From assembly GCA_050613775.1 (NCBI GenBank), contig JBODTK010000011.1:744001-808000 (forward strand): 64,000 nucleotides of DNA, given 5' to 3'. The position numbers and the translations under genes were made by a program. The notes beneath the pieces are model-generated. The model saw nothing but the letters and a program-made list of their open reading frames with translations, was not told the DNA's origin and did no database searches. Positions 28,540-40,300 of this stretch are shown in pieces (the stretch's first letter is position 1; each line of letters starts with the position of its first letter). This stretch comes from Neocallimastix sp. 'constans'. Lineage: Eukaryota.

Positions 28540-30110
28540 CGAAAATAAATTATTAAATTATTACTTGATTCTGGAAGTAATTTAAATCTAATTTCCTTTC
28601 CAAGGGTTATTTTAACAAATTACATGGTAAATAAGATACCGTTGGTATCTGTTGTGGACGTATTTTTGAAATTTTAGGTGATGATACAATCACCGATACT
28701 ATTATCGTCCGACTTTACGTTACTATTCATATTTATTCTTTTTCAGTATTATAGTTAATACTTCTAATTATTTTGATTCAACTTTATCGGTTATGAAAAT
28801 ATTCACTGACAATTATTTCTTTTATCTATCCTATTTCTAAATTAATCTGTTGTTTTAATTCTTTTTCTTTATTTGATGTCTTTACACCTTTATTGGAAGA
28901 TCATAATTTAAAATATGGAAATTTGGAATGAATGATTGGTTTAGGAGAGAAGGAGTTGTTTCAAAAAAAAATAAGTTTAGTTATATTATTACCGCTGCTG
29001 ATGATGATATCATCCTCTCACAAAGAGAAGAACAGGTTAGATTTAATAGAGTTCCTACCTTAGATGAATGTATTGCTCTTATCAAAAAGAAGTATTGGAG
29101 ATAAAATAAAAAAATAGATAAGTTAAGACGGTTAAAAAGAGTAATCATTGAACCCAATGAAACAATATTTAATTTTAATACAAGATATTTGGAACTTTAC
29201 GACCAGTTGGAAATTCAAGATAAAGTATCATTTTCTGTCAATGATTATAAAAATTCTTTTTAAGACTAAGGTTCCAGATTTACGAACGAGTAATAATGGC
29301 AGAAAACTAGTACTATTGAAGAAGCCAGTAATTTAGCAGAAAAATATGAAAATATATTAAAGGAATCTCACTGGAGAAATGAAAGAAGTTTAATATAATT
29401 ATAATAATTATTCATCTATTAAGCAACCAATTGCTACTTTTATTAATAACATTAATAATTTATGGAATAAAAATGGTATGAATTTTAGGAACTTGATGAG
29501 TTCTTCTATAAATATGTCTTCTAATGCTATTCATAAAGTGAATTATGATATCCCAAATAATTACAATAATGTAAATAAAATGAGACATATACAAATTAAA
29601 ACTTATTTCTTTTGTGATAAGCCTGGTCATCTTACTAAGGATTGTGCTGACTTGGCCAGAATAGAACAAGATCATAATTTTTCTAACTACATTAATTCTC
29701 CAAAAAAACCATTTCACTGCTACTAGACGAAGTAAAGATGGCAGATATGCATCACTAATTAAAGCTAAAAGAAATTTCAAAAATAATAATAATAATAATA
29801 TAGATAAGATTCGAAATTAAAAGATATAAGAGTCCGGTATTAAAGAGGTAGTAGATAAGTATATTTATTTCGAAAGATTATTAGAGCAAAGTATAAAAGA
29901 CCGGAAAAGTAGGTATTTGTTTTTATTAGAGGATAATAAAAGTAGAAACCCAAAGATTATAAAAAGATGTTGAAAGGTAGAATTCCCAAAAGTACGGTAG
30001 TATTCCTGAGGAATAGTGTAAAGGTATTGAGGGCTTAGATCAGCAGTTGCTTTTATTGTAACGGAGGGGCGTGGTGTAGAGACACAGAAAGGAGAAAACT
30101 CAATACCGTT
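28540..30110 (+). mobile_element. Scrambled Ty3/Gypsy relic(s): protease, gag, zinc knuckle, PPT and LTR start
   Basis: IKLLLDSGSNLNLIS (~28552-28596); IEPNETIFNFNTRYLELYDQL (~29147); YFFCDKPGHLTKDC knuckle (~29604-29645); PPT-like GGAGGGGCGTGG then TGTAGAG at 30075. Confidence 0.65.
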
Positions 30111-30218
30111 TACATTATTTGTTAAGTAATTCGTTTTATTAGAAATAATTTTGTTTTATTAATATTTTATTAAAATATTAAATTTTAATTTTTTTTTTTT
30201 TTATTATTAATTAGTTAT

Positions 30219-30827
30219 TGTAATATTTCGAATTACTTTTAACTAGTTAATAATTTATTTATTTAATAAAAAGCATGAAGAAAAATATTTTCATTCGTGA
30301 AGTTCGTACTATTTATATTTTTAACGGAAAAACAGTTTTAAAATGTAAAAAATAATTTTAAAGAAATATTTAGAAATATGTTTGTAATAATTAATAATAA
30401 TGATTCTTTTCAGAAAAAGATTAGAAGAAAAAACTGGAAAGGTTTTTGATCAATAATCTATACTTATTGATCATCGTGTTATTAAATAAAACCAATTACA
30501 ATTAATCGGAAAAACTTTAATACCCGATTTTAATAACTAAAAGAATTAAAAAGAAAAAAGGATAAAAAAGAGAAGGATAAAATAATGCAGAAAATTTACT
30601 AAATACGTTTTTTCTATGAAATAATACAGAAGTTATATTAAATACATTTTTTCTATGAAATAATACAGAAGTTATATTAAATATACATTTTTTCATATAA
30701 TAATTAATACATTAATTAGTAAAATTGTTTTAAATGAAATAAATTTTTAAAGAATAGTAATTATGAAATAATTATTAATTAATAAGAAATAGAAATAAAT
30801 TATAAAAATTTATATCAATTTCTTACA
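30219..30827 (-). mobile_element. Degenerate LTR of the TGTAAGAAA group (E-type)
   Basis: Ends TTTCTTACA; carries the AAAAGATTAGAAGAAAAA...TAAAACC...GGAAAAAC block shared with 53969-54878. Left end uncertain, no TSD found. Confidence 0.6.
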
Positions 30828-30860
30828 GTGCCATTCAAACTTAATTAATATTGTATTACA

Positions 30861-31005
30861 TATTAATTAATGTTATCCCTTTTATACATTATTGAATCCC
30901 AAATATATTAATTAATGTTATCCCTTTTATACATTATTGAATCCCAAATATATTAATTAATGTTATCCCTTTTATACATTATTGAATCCCAAATATATTA
31001 ATTAA
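30861..31005. repeat. 45-bp tandem repeat x3
   Basis: TATTAATTAATGTTATCCCTTTTATACATTATTGAATCCCAAATA repeated three times. Confidence 0.9.
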
Positions 31006-32899
31006 TTAATATTGTATTACATATTAATTAATATTATCACTTTTTTTATATATAATGTTAGTTGAATATTATTTATAAAAAATGTTTTTATTAATTATAT
31101 TATTTTATATATTTTTTTTATTTTATCTTTACATATATAAATATTTATTATTACATTTTCTTAATTTTATATAATTGTTAAAATAATTATTTAATATCAT
31201 ATTTTTATTAAACATTTCTCTTAAACTGTTAATTTCCTAATAACTTTATTTAAAAATACAATTTCATTATTAAATATATTTAACTATTAATATTTAAAAT
31301 ATATTTCTTAAATAAAATATAATTATCAATATTTATAATATAATTCCTAAAACTATATAATTCTTAATATCATATTTAATATATAAAATAACGCATTCAT
31401 AAAAATAAAATCAATCTTTTACAAAAATTACTTAATATATTAAATAACACATTCATAAAAATAAAATCAATCTTTTACAAAAATTACATAAACAGGATTA
31501 ATTTTAAATTAATATTAATAAAATGATAATATTATATATTAAAATTAAATGAATAAATAAATAAATTACTAATATAATCAATGGATGTAATAATTATTAT
31601 TAAATAAATTCTTATAATTATATTTAATGAATGTATATATAATAAATTAAATAAATTATCTAATATTAATTTAATGAATGTAATATATAATAATTAGATA
31701 ATTTATTATGAACTAAGAAATAATAATTATTTTAAAGGAAATAATTATAATTTCTTACACTACATGTCAGAACTACTTTATGAAATTATTTATTAATTAG
31801 TTCTGTTCTACAATTTATTATTGAAGAACATTAATAGATTGAGAGGTTTAATGTAAGATATACTTACCTAGGGTCGAGTTTATTATTATAAGGGTTAACA
31901 ACTAATAACACAGATTAAAGTATTAGAACACAGTATTTTTTTTATTTAATAATTACGTTGTAGTATGCTTTATTAATTAATAATGTTTTTTAAAGAATTA
32001 AGATTTAAAATAATAAGAATAATTTTTTATTTTATTTGGTTATTACTTATAAAGAGTTTTATGTCAAAACAGATTATAATAATACAAAACACTCTATATA
32101 TATAAAAAATTCATTTATTAAAAATAATTGTTTTATAAAAAATCTTTTATTAAATAGTTCTTATTATTTTATGAACTATTAAATCGTTAAAAATAACAAT
32201 TAGGTTCTTTCAATTAAAGAAAATTTACAATATTTATATTTTTTCTTAATTATATTCTAATATATTAAATTAATTTAATTTACATATATTCAATTTAAAT
32301 ATTAATAATAATTAATTTTATAAAATAATAAAATATTTAAACTAAAACTAATTATAGTATAATTTTTTAACTAACTATTTTTTATTATAACTATTTTTTA
32401 TTATAACTATTTTTTATTATAACTATTTAAATATTTTAACTAATTTAAAATTAAACTAAAAACTATTAATAATATTAAACTATACTATTTAAATAAATAA
32501 AAAATTTAACAATAACAGATTTGGCGAATTTCTTGCGACTAAGTAATTTAATTTCATATTTAATAAATATAAATTTAAATAACTTAAGTTCTAATTTATA
32601 ATTTTAAATTTCAATTATTAATTTAAGGAGAAGTAATTATTTAAAGTATTTAATTCATGTACGTAAATTTGATGTATGATTTTTCGTTTACATAAATTTA
32701 TTGAAATATGTTTTAATTAATGTAAATTACATAATTTTATTCAAGATATCGTGACAAAATTTTCATACATAAATTAATGTAATAATGTATTACATAAATT
32801 TATTAAAGATATCTTTACGAAATTTTCATACATAAATTAATGTAATAATGTATTACATAAATTTATTTAAGATATCTTTACATTACTATTGTTATTTCT

Positions 32900-33530
32900 T
32901 ATAATAATAACTCTTGATTTCTCTAAAGCTAACTCAAGAGTGGTATTTATACTTTTTAATTAAAATAAGGTTAGATTTAAAAAGAGATTCTAAACTTAAC
33001 AAATATCTTGTTTAGGAAAAGATTAGAAGAAAAACCTAAGCAAGCTTCAATCAATATTCTATTAATATTGATTATCGTATCAATTAAGTAAAACCGAATA
33101 TTTTCTAAAGTAATCGGAAAAACCTTAAAAGACCGATTTCCTAAATTTGAACTAATAAAAAACTTACAACAAATTTAAAGAAATTATTTAGAACTAAGCC
33201 ATAAAGAAATTTATTAAATTATTCTGATCATGATATGTAAATCTTGATCGATTTAATTTAATTATTGTATTATGGCTTTAAAGAACTAAATAATTAAACT
33301 AAACTAATTTCATAAAAATACAGAATTAAAATGCAGAAACTATTTTCTTTTGATTTATGGTTAATATTCTATACTAAAGTAAAAAAAGAAATTTATAATT
33401 TAAATATTAAAACTAAATAAATTTTATAATTTAAATAAATGCATAAATAACTAATGTTTAAATATTGATCATTACTAAAATAAAAAGAAATGATAATTAT
33501 TTTTTTAATAAATAATTATTATTTCTTACA
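32900..33530 (-). mobile_element. Partial E-type LTR
   Basis: ATAATAACTCTTGATTTCTC...CAAGAG hairpin, conserved block at 32985-33140, ends ATTTCTTACA. Confidence 0.75.
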
Positions 33531-33535
33531 CAAAA

Positions 33536-33995
33536 TTATACGATATTTTATTTATGTATCTATATTAATATTTATTTATGGGCAAAGACAATAAAGAATT
33601 ATGATAAAATAATATATTATAATATTAAATAGAAATAACACATACAATAGTACAAAATAAAGTAATAATTATATCTTTTTAATATTCTCTTTATTTATTA
33701 TTAATTATTACATCAATTATTATTATTACTCTCTTATATAAATATTATAATTAATTATCTCAAATATATATATTCATCTAATTTATAAATCAATAAATAT
33801 AATAAAAAAATAATATCTCTCTTTAAGTATACTAAACTAAAATATAAAAAAATAGCTCTTTATGCGAATTAATTTATCATAAGTATAAACTTATAAATAA
33901 AAGAATTCTCCGTTTAAAATTATTATTTTAAAATTATATATTATTATAAAATTATTATTGACTAATAATATTTAAGTATTTAATGTAGTTCCTCA
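33536..33995 (-). mobile_element. D-type LTR (degenerate)
   Basis: T(T)ATACGATATTTT start; colinear similarity by eye to 56169-56664. Separated from the preceding LTR by CAAAA. Confidence 0.7.
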
Positions 33996-34003
33996 AGCTA
34001 CTA

Positions 34004-34294
34004 ATGAAAAATCTCCAAACCAACAATCCGAAGATTCTATATTTTGGGGTTAACATGATTTGTAAGGATTGCCTATATAAAATGGAAGTTCATGATTTAG
34101 ATGGTTATTATGAAGTTTATTACAATGGTAGTATCGTAGGAAAATTTTGCACTAAAGATAGATGCAAAACATTTATTGAATCTGGCGAAAGTAGATATAA
34201 GTGTGCAAGGTTTGCCTGTCCCAATTACAGGATTAAAGGAAAATACCAAAAAAGATTAATTTCAATGTACAAGGTGGTCCTGACCGTACTATAA
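34004..34294 (+). CDS. Small Cys-rich orphan ORF (96 aa), possibly frameshifted at the 3' end
   Basis: Relatively GC-rich, complex sequence amid LTR DNA, with CxxC, Cx4C and Cx4C pairs. An alternative frame continues KINFNVQGGPDRTINCYEDQEIVK* to ~34326. Confidence 0.45.
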   Translation: MKNLQTNNPKILYFGVNMICKDCLYKMEVHDLDGYYEVYYNGSIVGKFCTKDRCKTFIESGESRYKCARFACPNYRIKGKYQKRLISMYKVVLTVL

Positions 34295-34948
34295 ATTGCT
34301 ATGAGGATCAAGAAATTGTTAAATAAATAAATTTTAATCAACAAATAATGAAGTCAATTAAATTTTTAAAATATAAATTAATATAATCAAGTAAAAAAAT
34401 AAATAATTATACAAAATGAAATTTTTAAAATAGAAAATATAATAAATATATAGTAAAAAAACAGAAAATATAAAATAATAAAAAGTAGAAGAAAAGAAAA
34501 TATATAAAAAATCAAAGTAAAATAGTAATAAGAGAATATAAAATATTAAAAAAAAATGAAAATAAAAAAATAATAATAAAAAATATATCTAAGTGTAACG
34601 ATTTTAGTGATGTTGCTCACTAGGTCGTTGTAGATGATGTAAATAAATAAATTGAAAAAATAATAAAATTATATTTTATGGTTTTATATTATTTATTTAT
34701 TATTTACGTTAAACAATATATTGACTCGAAGAGTCAAAATAAAATAATAAATCATGATATTTATTCAAAAATAAAAATTATTCTATTACATGATTGATTA
34801 ATTATAAATGGATAAATATTAATTAAATTTAATTAAATGAATTATTATTAATATTTTAAATAAATATAATTAAATAAATGAATTAATTAAGAATTAATTA
34901 AATTATTTTATCAAAAAGGTAAAAGATTAACTTCAGCAAAGTTATAAC

Positions 34949-35501
34949 TGTAAAAGGTAAGTTTATTATTAACTAAAATAACCAACAATAATTAAATTCA
35001 AAAGCTAAGATAACTTAACACCTCTCTATTTGAGTTGTTAATAATAAACACTAAAATTAATTATAATTATCTATTTTATTACACTAGAATATAGCGCAGC
35101 ACTTTATAACTCTATCTGTTATTAGTTACTGGGCTTACACGAGTAATTTATATTTATTTAATAATTATATTTTTATTTATTAATATTAATATTTATAATA
35201 ACAATTTACGTTAATAGTAACGCTATAGTGCGTTACAGTTACAAGTTCAATTATTATTTATGTATGTTAATAATTTTATGATTGGTAAATAATTTAATTT
35301 AACTTAGTTTACCAATCACTAAATAAAATATATTTAACTAAATATTTAACTATATAATTAACTATAAAATAATAAAATTTAATGTACGAAATTAATAAAA
35401 GATTTTATTTGATTGGCCGAAATTGCTAACTGTTTAGAGATACGTTACGTAACCAAAGAACTATCATTGGATAGGCTTGAAGTTACCATGTATCTGTTAC
35501 A
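34949..35501. mobile_element. Solo LTR family B (553 bp), TSD ATAAC
   Basis: TGTAAAAG...CTGTTACA flanked by ATAAC on both sides (34944-34948, 35502-35506). Reverse complement of 44814-46089. Confidence 0.88.
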
Positions 35502-36525
35502 ATAACTGTAAAAGATACATGGTAACTGTAAGAAACTTAGATAAATTTATTATAAAATTTATCTATCTTTCTTATTTAATACATTAATTTAATACATTAA
35601 ATTATTGTATTTATTTTAACCAATAATATTTAATTATTAATTTATATATATTTGATTCTCTTGAGTTCTCTTCGAGAAATCAAGAATTATTATTTTTGGA
35701 TTTTTATAATAAATAATAATTCAAATAAAATAATTAATTAATATAAACAAAACCCTTCTTAATAAAACATATTTTATAAATTTTTGTGTCTTTTATTCCT
35801 TTTGTGTTATTGTTTATTATAAACTTTCTATAATAAACTCTATCATATATTTAAGTTAAGTATAATTATTTATTTATATTATTTTATATTTATTTAATTA
35901 TATTTAATTTTATTTTCTCAAATTAATGTTAATTAGTAATAATTAATGTTAATTTATAGTTAAGAAATTATTTATAATTAATTTTATAAGTAATTTCTTA
36001 CAATAATAACTCTTCTTTTTAGGAAGAAAATATTTTATAAATAATTTAATATGAATATAACAAAAAATAATAATTATAATTATAATGGAATAATTAAATT
36101 AAATAAATTCATTTTATATTATTTACGAAATTTTTTCTTTCTCTCAATTTAAATTTATAAATTTTTTTTGTTTATTTTTTATTTTTCTTTTCATTGTTTA
36201 TGTTTGCTTATGTCATATATATATTATTTATTTTGTTTAATTTATTATTACATTGACTAACGATTCTTTATTATTATATATATTAAACATCATAACTTTA
36301 AAATAATATGACAACACTTATTCTGTTTACTTTGCTTATTTACTTTTAAAAATAAGTCTTTATAAATTTCATAAAAATTAACAATATTAAATATTAACTA
36401 TTTTACATTATTTTATTTTATTTAACATGTTTATCTATTATAATATTATATTTATATTATATTTTAATATTATATAATTGTTTTTATATATAACATTATA
36501 TATATTATATATATATATTTTTTTT

Positions 36526-36557
<32 letters not shown>

Positions 36558-36833
36558 TAAAATAAAATAAAATAAGCAACAAACAAACAAAACAAAAACA
36601 AAAACAAAGTAACAAAATAAAACAAAACAAAGCAACAAAACAGGAAACAAAACAAAACAAACAAATAAACAAACAAAAAACAAAAAATAAATAAAATAAT
36701 TTAATAATTTAAAAGATAAGTTGTTCAGTTTTCTTTTCTTTAAAATAAATAAAAATAAAAAAATAAATAATTTAAATAATAATAATAAATAATAATAATA
36801 GTAATAAATAAAATTATAATTATGATAAATAAA

Positions 36834-36865
<32 letters not shown>

Positions 36866-37204
36866 TGTTAAAGTATTAAATAATATAAATAAATAAACTT
36901 AATAATTTAGGTTTATAATTAAATAATAGAAAATATAAATCATAAATATTTATGTAAAAACTAAACTTAAAATGTAAATTAACATTATTTATGTTAATAC
37001 ATAATTAAATGTAAATCATTAAATTTATCATGCGCATGTAAATAGTTTCTTTATTCTTGTTTATTCACGTGAAATAATAATATAGTTTATATAAAAATAA
37101 TTGTTTATTTTATAGACGAAAATTTGCGACTTTCGTCAATATAATATTTTATAATAAATAAATAAATGTATGAATAATTAATAATTAAATAAATTCCTTT
37201 AATA

Positions 37205-37219
37205 GATTAAGAGTCTCAT
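37205..37219 (+). promoter_or_regulatory. Primer-binding site complementary to the anticodon arm of tRNA-Lys(CUU)
   Basis: GATTAAGAGTCTCAT is the reverse complement of ATGAGA-CT-CTT-AA-TC, recalled as the anticodon arm of metazoan-type tRNA-Lys(CTT). Confidence 0.85.
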
Positions 37220-37391
37220 CTGTACTCTTAACATTCTCATATAATATTGATAAAATAATATAAAATATCTTTATTAAAATAAAATATTAATTAAATAAAA
37301 TATTAATAAAATTACATAATAAAAACACAAAATAATCTTCTTAAAACCCAAATATATAATAATATTAATTATTAAATTAAAAATCAATTAA

Positions 37392-40300
37392 ATGAGTGAT
37401 TTTATCCCGTTCAAAAAGGAAGCCATATTGAATGGCAAAAATTTTAATATATGGTATGATAATTTAACGGACATATTGGAGAAAGATGACTTAGCTGAAT
37501 ATCTAACTAAAGATATATTGGAAGAAGCCAAAAGGGACAATACCAAAAAGGAAGAAGAAATAAAGGAAATCAAGAAAACGAACACAAAAGTCCGTTATAT
37601 TATTAAAAATACCATAAATTCCAAAATCCACGAAGATATTATTGGCATGAACACTCCATATGCCATAATAAATTATCTAAGAGAAGAATACAAATTAAGT
37701 GAGAATGACATGACTCAATGGATTAGTAAACTTAAAAATGTCAAAGCTGAAAAGGAAACAGAAATACCTTCAGCTATTAAGGAAATCTTTAAATTATTTA
37801 ATGGCATGAACTCCTCCGGAAATATTATCTCCGAAAAAGAAAAAGTAAAATATTTATTAAGAGCATTACCAAAAAGTTATAAAATGAAATTAACTTTAAA
37901 TGGTAATGAAACAGCCGAAGAATTAAAAACAACTATAGTAAAAGATATAAACACCTGGTTATATGTCGATGAACAAACAGATAAAGACCAACGATCATAT
38001 GATCCAATGGACATCGACTATGCTGGGAAACTTGGATACAAGAATAGGAAAAATTTAAAAAACAAGAACAATAATAAAAATTTTTCCAAAAAAGGAAATC
38101 CAAGTAAACAAAACAACAAAGAAAAATTTAATAATAATAAATATAACAATAATAATAAATACTGCGAAATCTGTGAAAGGAGGGGTCATTCTACCAAAGA
38201 ATGTAGGTATAATCCAAGAAACCCAAATGGATTATACAATAAATACTACATTCAAGATGAACAAAAATTAAATAATTATCACACTCATAATAATTGGCAT
38301 AATGGAAGACCCATAAGATATATTAATTTAAATGATGAATATAATGAAAATATATCTTATGATGATATAAAGCCAATGTTTTATAAATATTATAATCCTA
38401 AAAGCAAAGGAAAATATGTGGATGATGATGATTCAGATGAATATCAAGAATCTGAAAAATCAAATTGTTTCATAAATTATGATAAAGAAGACGTTAAAAA
38501 TGAAGTTTTAATTAAAAATAATATAATAACACGAGTAGAAAATAAATTAAATTTAGCTAATGAAATTTTTATAAATAATATTAATAAAAAGGAAATAAAT
38601 ACAAATAATACAAATGAAATTTTTAATATTAATTACAATAAAAAAGAAACATCAGAATGGTTATATGATTCAGGTGCTGGTGAACATATAACTAATGATC
38701 TAAGTCTGCTTAAAAATTTTAAAAAAGAAAAAATAAAGTTAAGATGTGCAAATAATACTTATTGCTATTTTGAAGGCCATGGTGAATTTGAATTTACTAT
38801 TAATAATTATCATTTTAAATTTAACAAAGTATTATATTCAAAAGAAGTAGCTAAAAATATTATTAGTGGAATAGAATGGGCAAAACAAGATGTTAAAACC
38901 TTGACAGAAAAGGATAAACACAATAATATTATCCTCAGAATTTTAGATAACAATTATAATATTATTGCCACATTCCAAGCTAATAATAACAATGAAGTTA
39001 AAATTGTAGTTACTCATTTCAATATTGAAAATGAAAGAAATAATAAAAATAATCTTATGGCAATCCAAAATTTTCGAAATGCTGAAGAGTTAACTTGGCA
39101 TCGACGGCTTGGTCATTTCTACCAAGAAGATTTGAAGAATTATCTAAATAATCATGAAATTAACTTAGATAAGTGTGATGATTGCAAAATTGCGAAAATG
39201 AAACGCAATCCACACAATAAAACTCCTCCTAGAGCTAAAGAGATCTTAGAAGTTATACATTCAGATATTATTGGTCCTATTAACACATCTTATACTGGAA
39301 AAAGGTTCATTCTTACTATCTTAGATGAAGCTTCTAGAAAATCATGGGTTTTTATAATGAAGAGTAAATCAGAAGCTACAGACATTATCATTAATACCTT
39401 AAGAATGTTAAATAATAAATACAAAGATTATAAAATAAAAGTTTTTAAATCGGATAACGCAAAGGAATATAAAAACAAGAAAATTGATTCCTTTTGCAAT
39501 GAAAATGGAATTGAAAAAGTATTCTCTCCTCCGTATAATCCTGAAAATAATGGACTATGTGAAAGATTTAATCTTACTATTGTTCCCTGCGCGAAAACCT
39601 TGTTATATTGGAGTGGACTTAGTGAAAACTTCTGGGACTTTGCGATATTATACGCTAACTATATATACAACAAAGTTCCTCATTCTGGAATTCATAACAA
39701 AATTCCAGATGAAATATTCTACAAAAACAAAGTAAAAATTAATCACATCAAGGTATTCGGTTGTATCACCTTCTATATTGACAGAAGCCAAAATAAATCC
39801 AAATTTTCACCTAATTCTAAGAAAGGAATTTTTCTTGGATTTAGTGAAAAAACTAATAGCTATATTATTATGGATTTCAATGATAATTCAATTCATTATT
39901 GTAGAGAAATTTACTGTTTAGAAGATACTCCTGCTAATGTAAAATTAGCAAACAATAAATCAAATCAATATGGTGATCAGGAATTTCTTACTTTTGATTT
40001 TTATTTTTCGAAGAATTTACCAGACTCATCTGGTGGAGAAAATCATAAAGCTGGTAACCATAGTAGTAAACCTTCTGAAAATAAATTTAATAACAACAAC
40101 AAAGAAAATAGCAAAAATACCAAAGAAAATTATTCATCATTACCTATCACAAACAATGATGATTTACAAGAAAATTTAAATAAGGACAATTCCCCTAAAA
40201 GAGATAAATGGAAAAGCCCAGAGACTGAGGATTCTAACGATACCAATATCAACAATAATATTGGTAAGGACAAAGAAATAAAAATCGCAGAAGAAGAGAC

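Noticed and set aside
29845..29920. YIYFERLLEQSIKDRKSRYL, resembling a chromodomain start
   Set aside because: Too short and degenerate, and lacks the VKW motif.
31860..31875. ATACTTACCT (ACTTACCT also at ~2448), like the U1 snRNA 5' end
   Set aside because: No recognisable U1 stem-loops or Sm site follow; it is also just the complement of a 5' splice consensus.
34594..34943. Possible further LTR starting TGTAACG with two small hairpins
   Set aside because: No matching end, TSD or second copy found.
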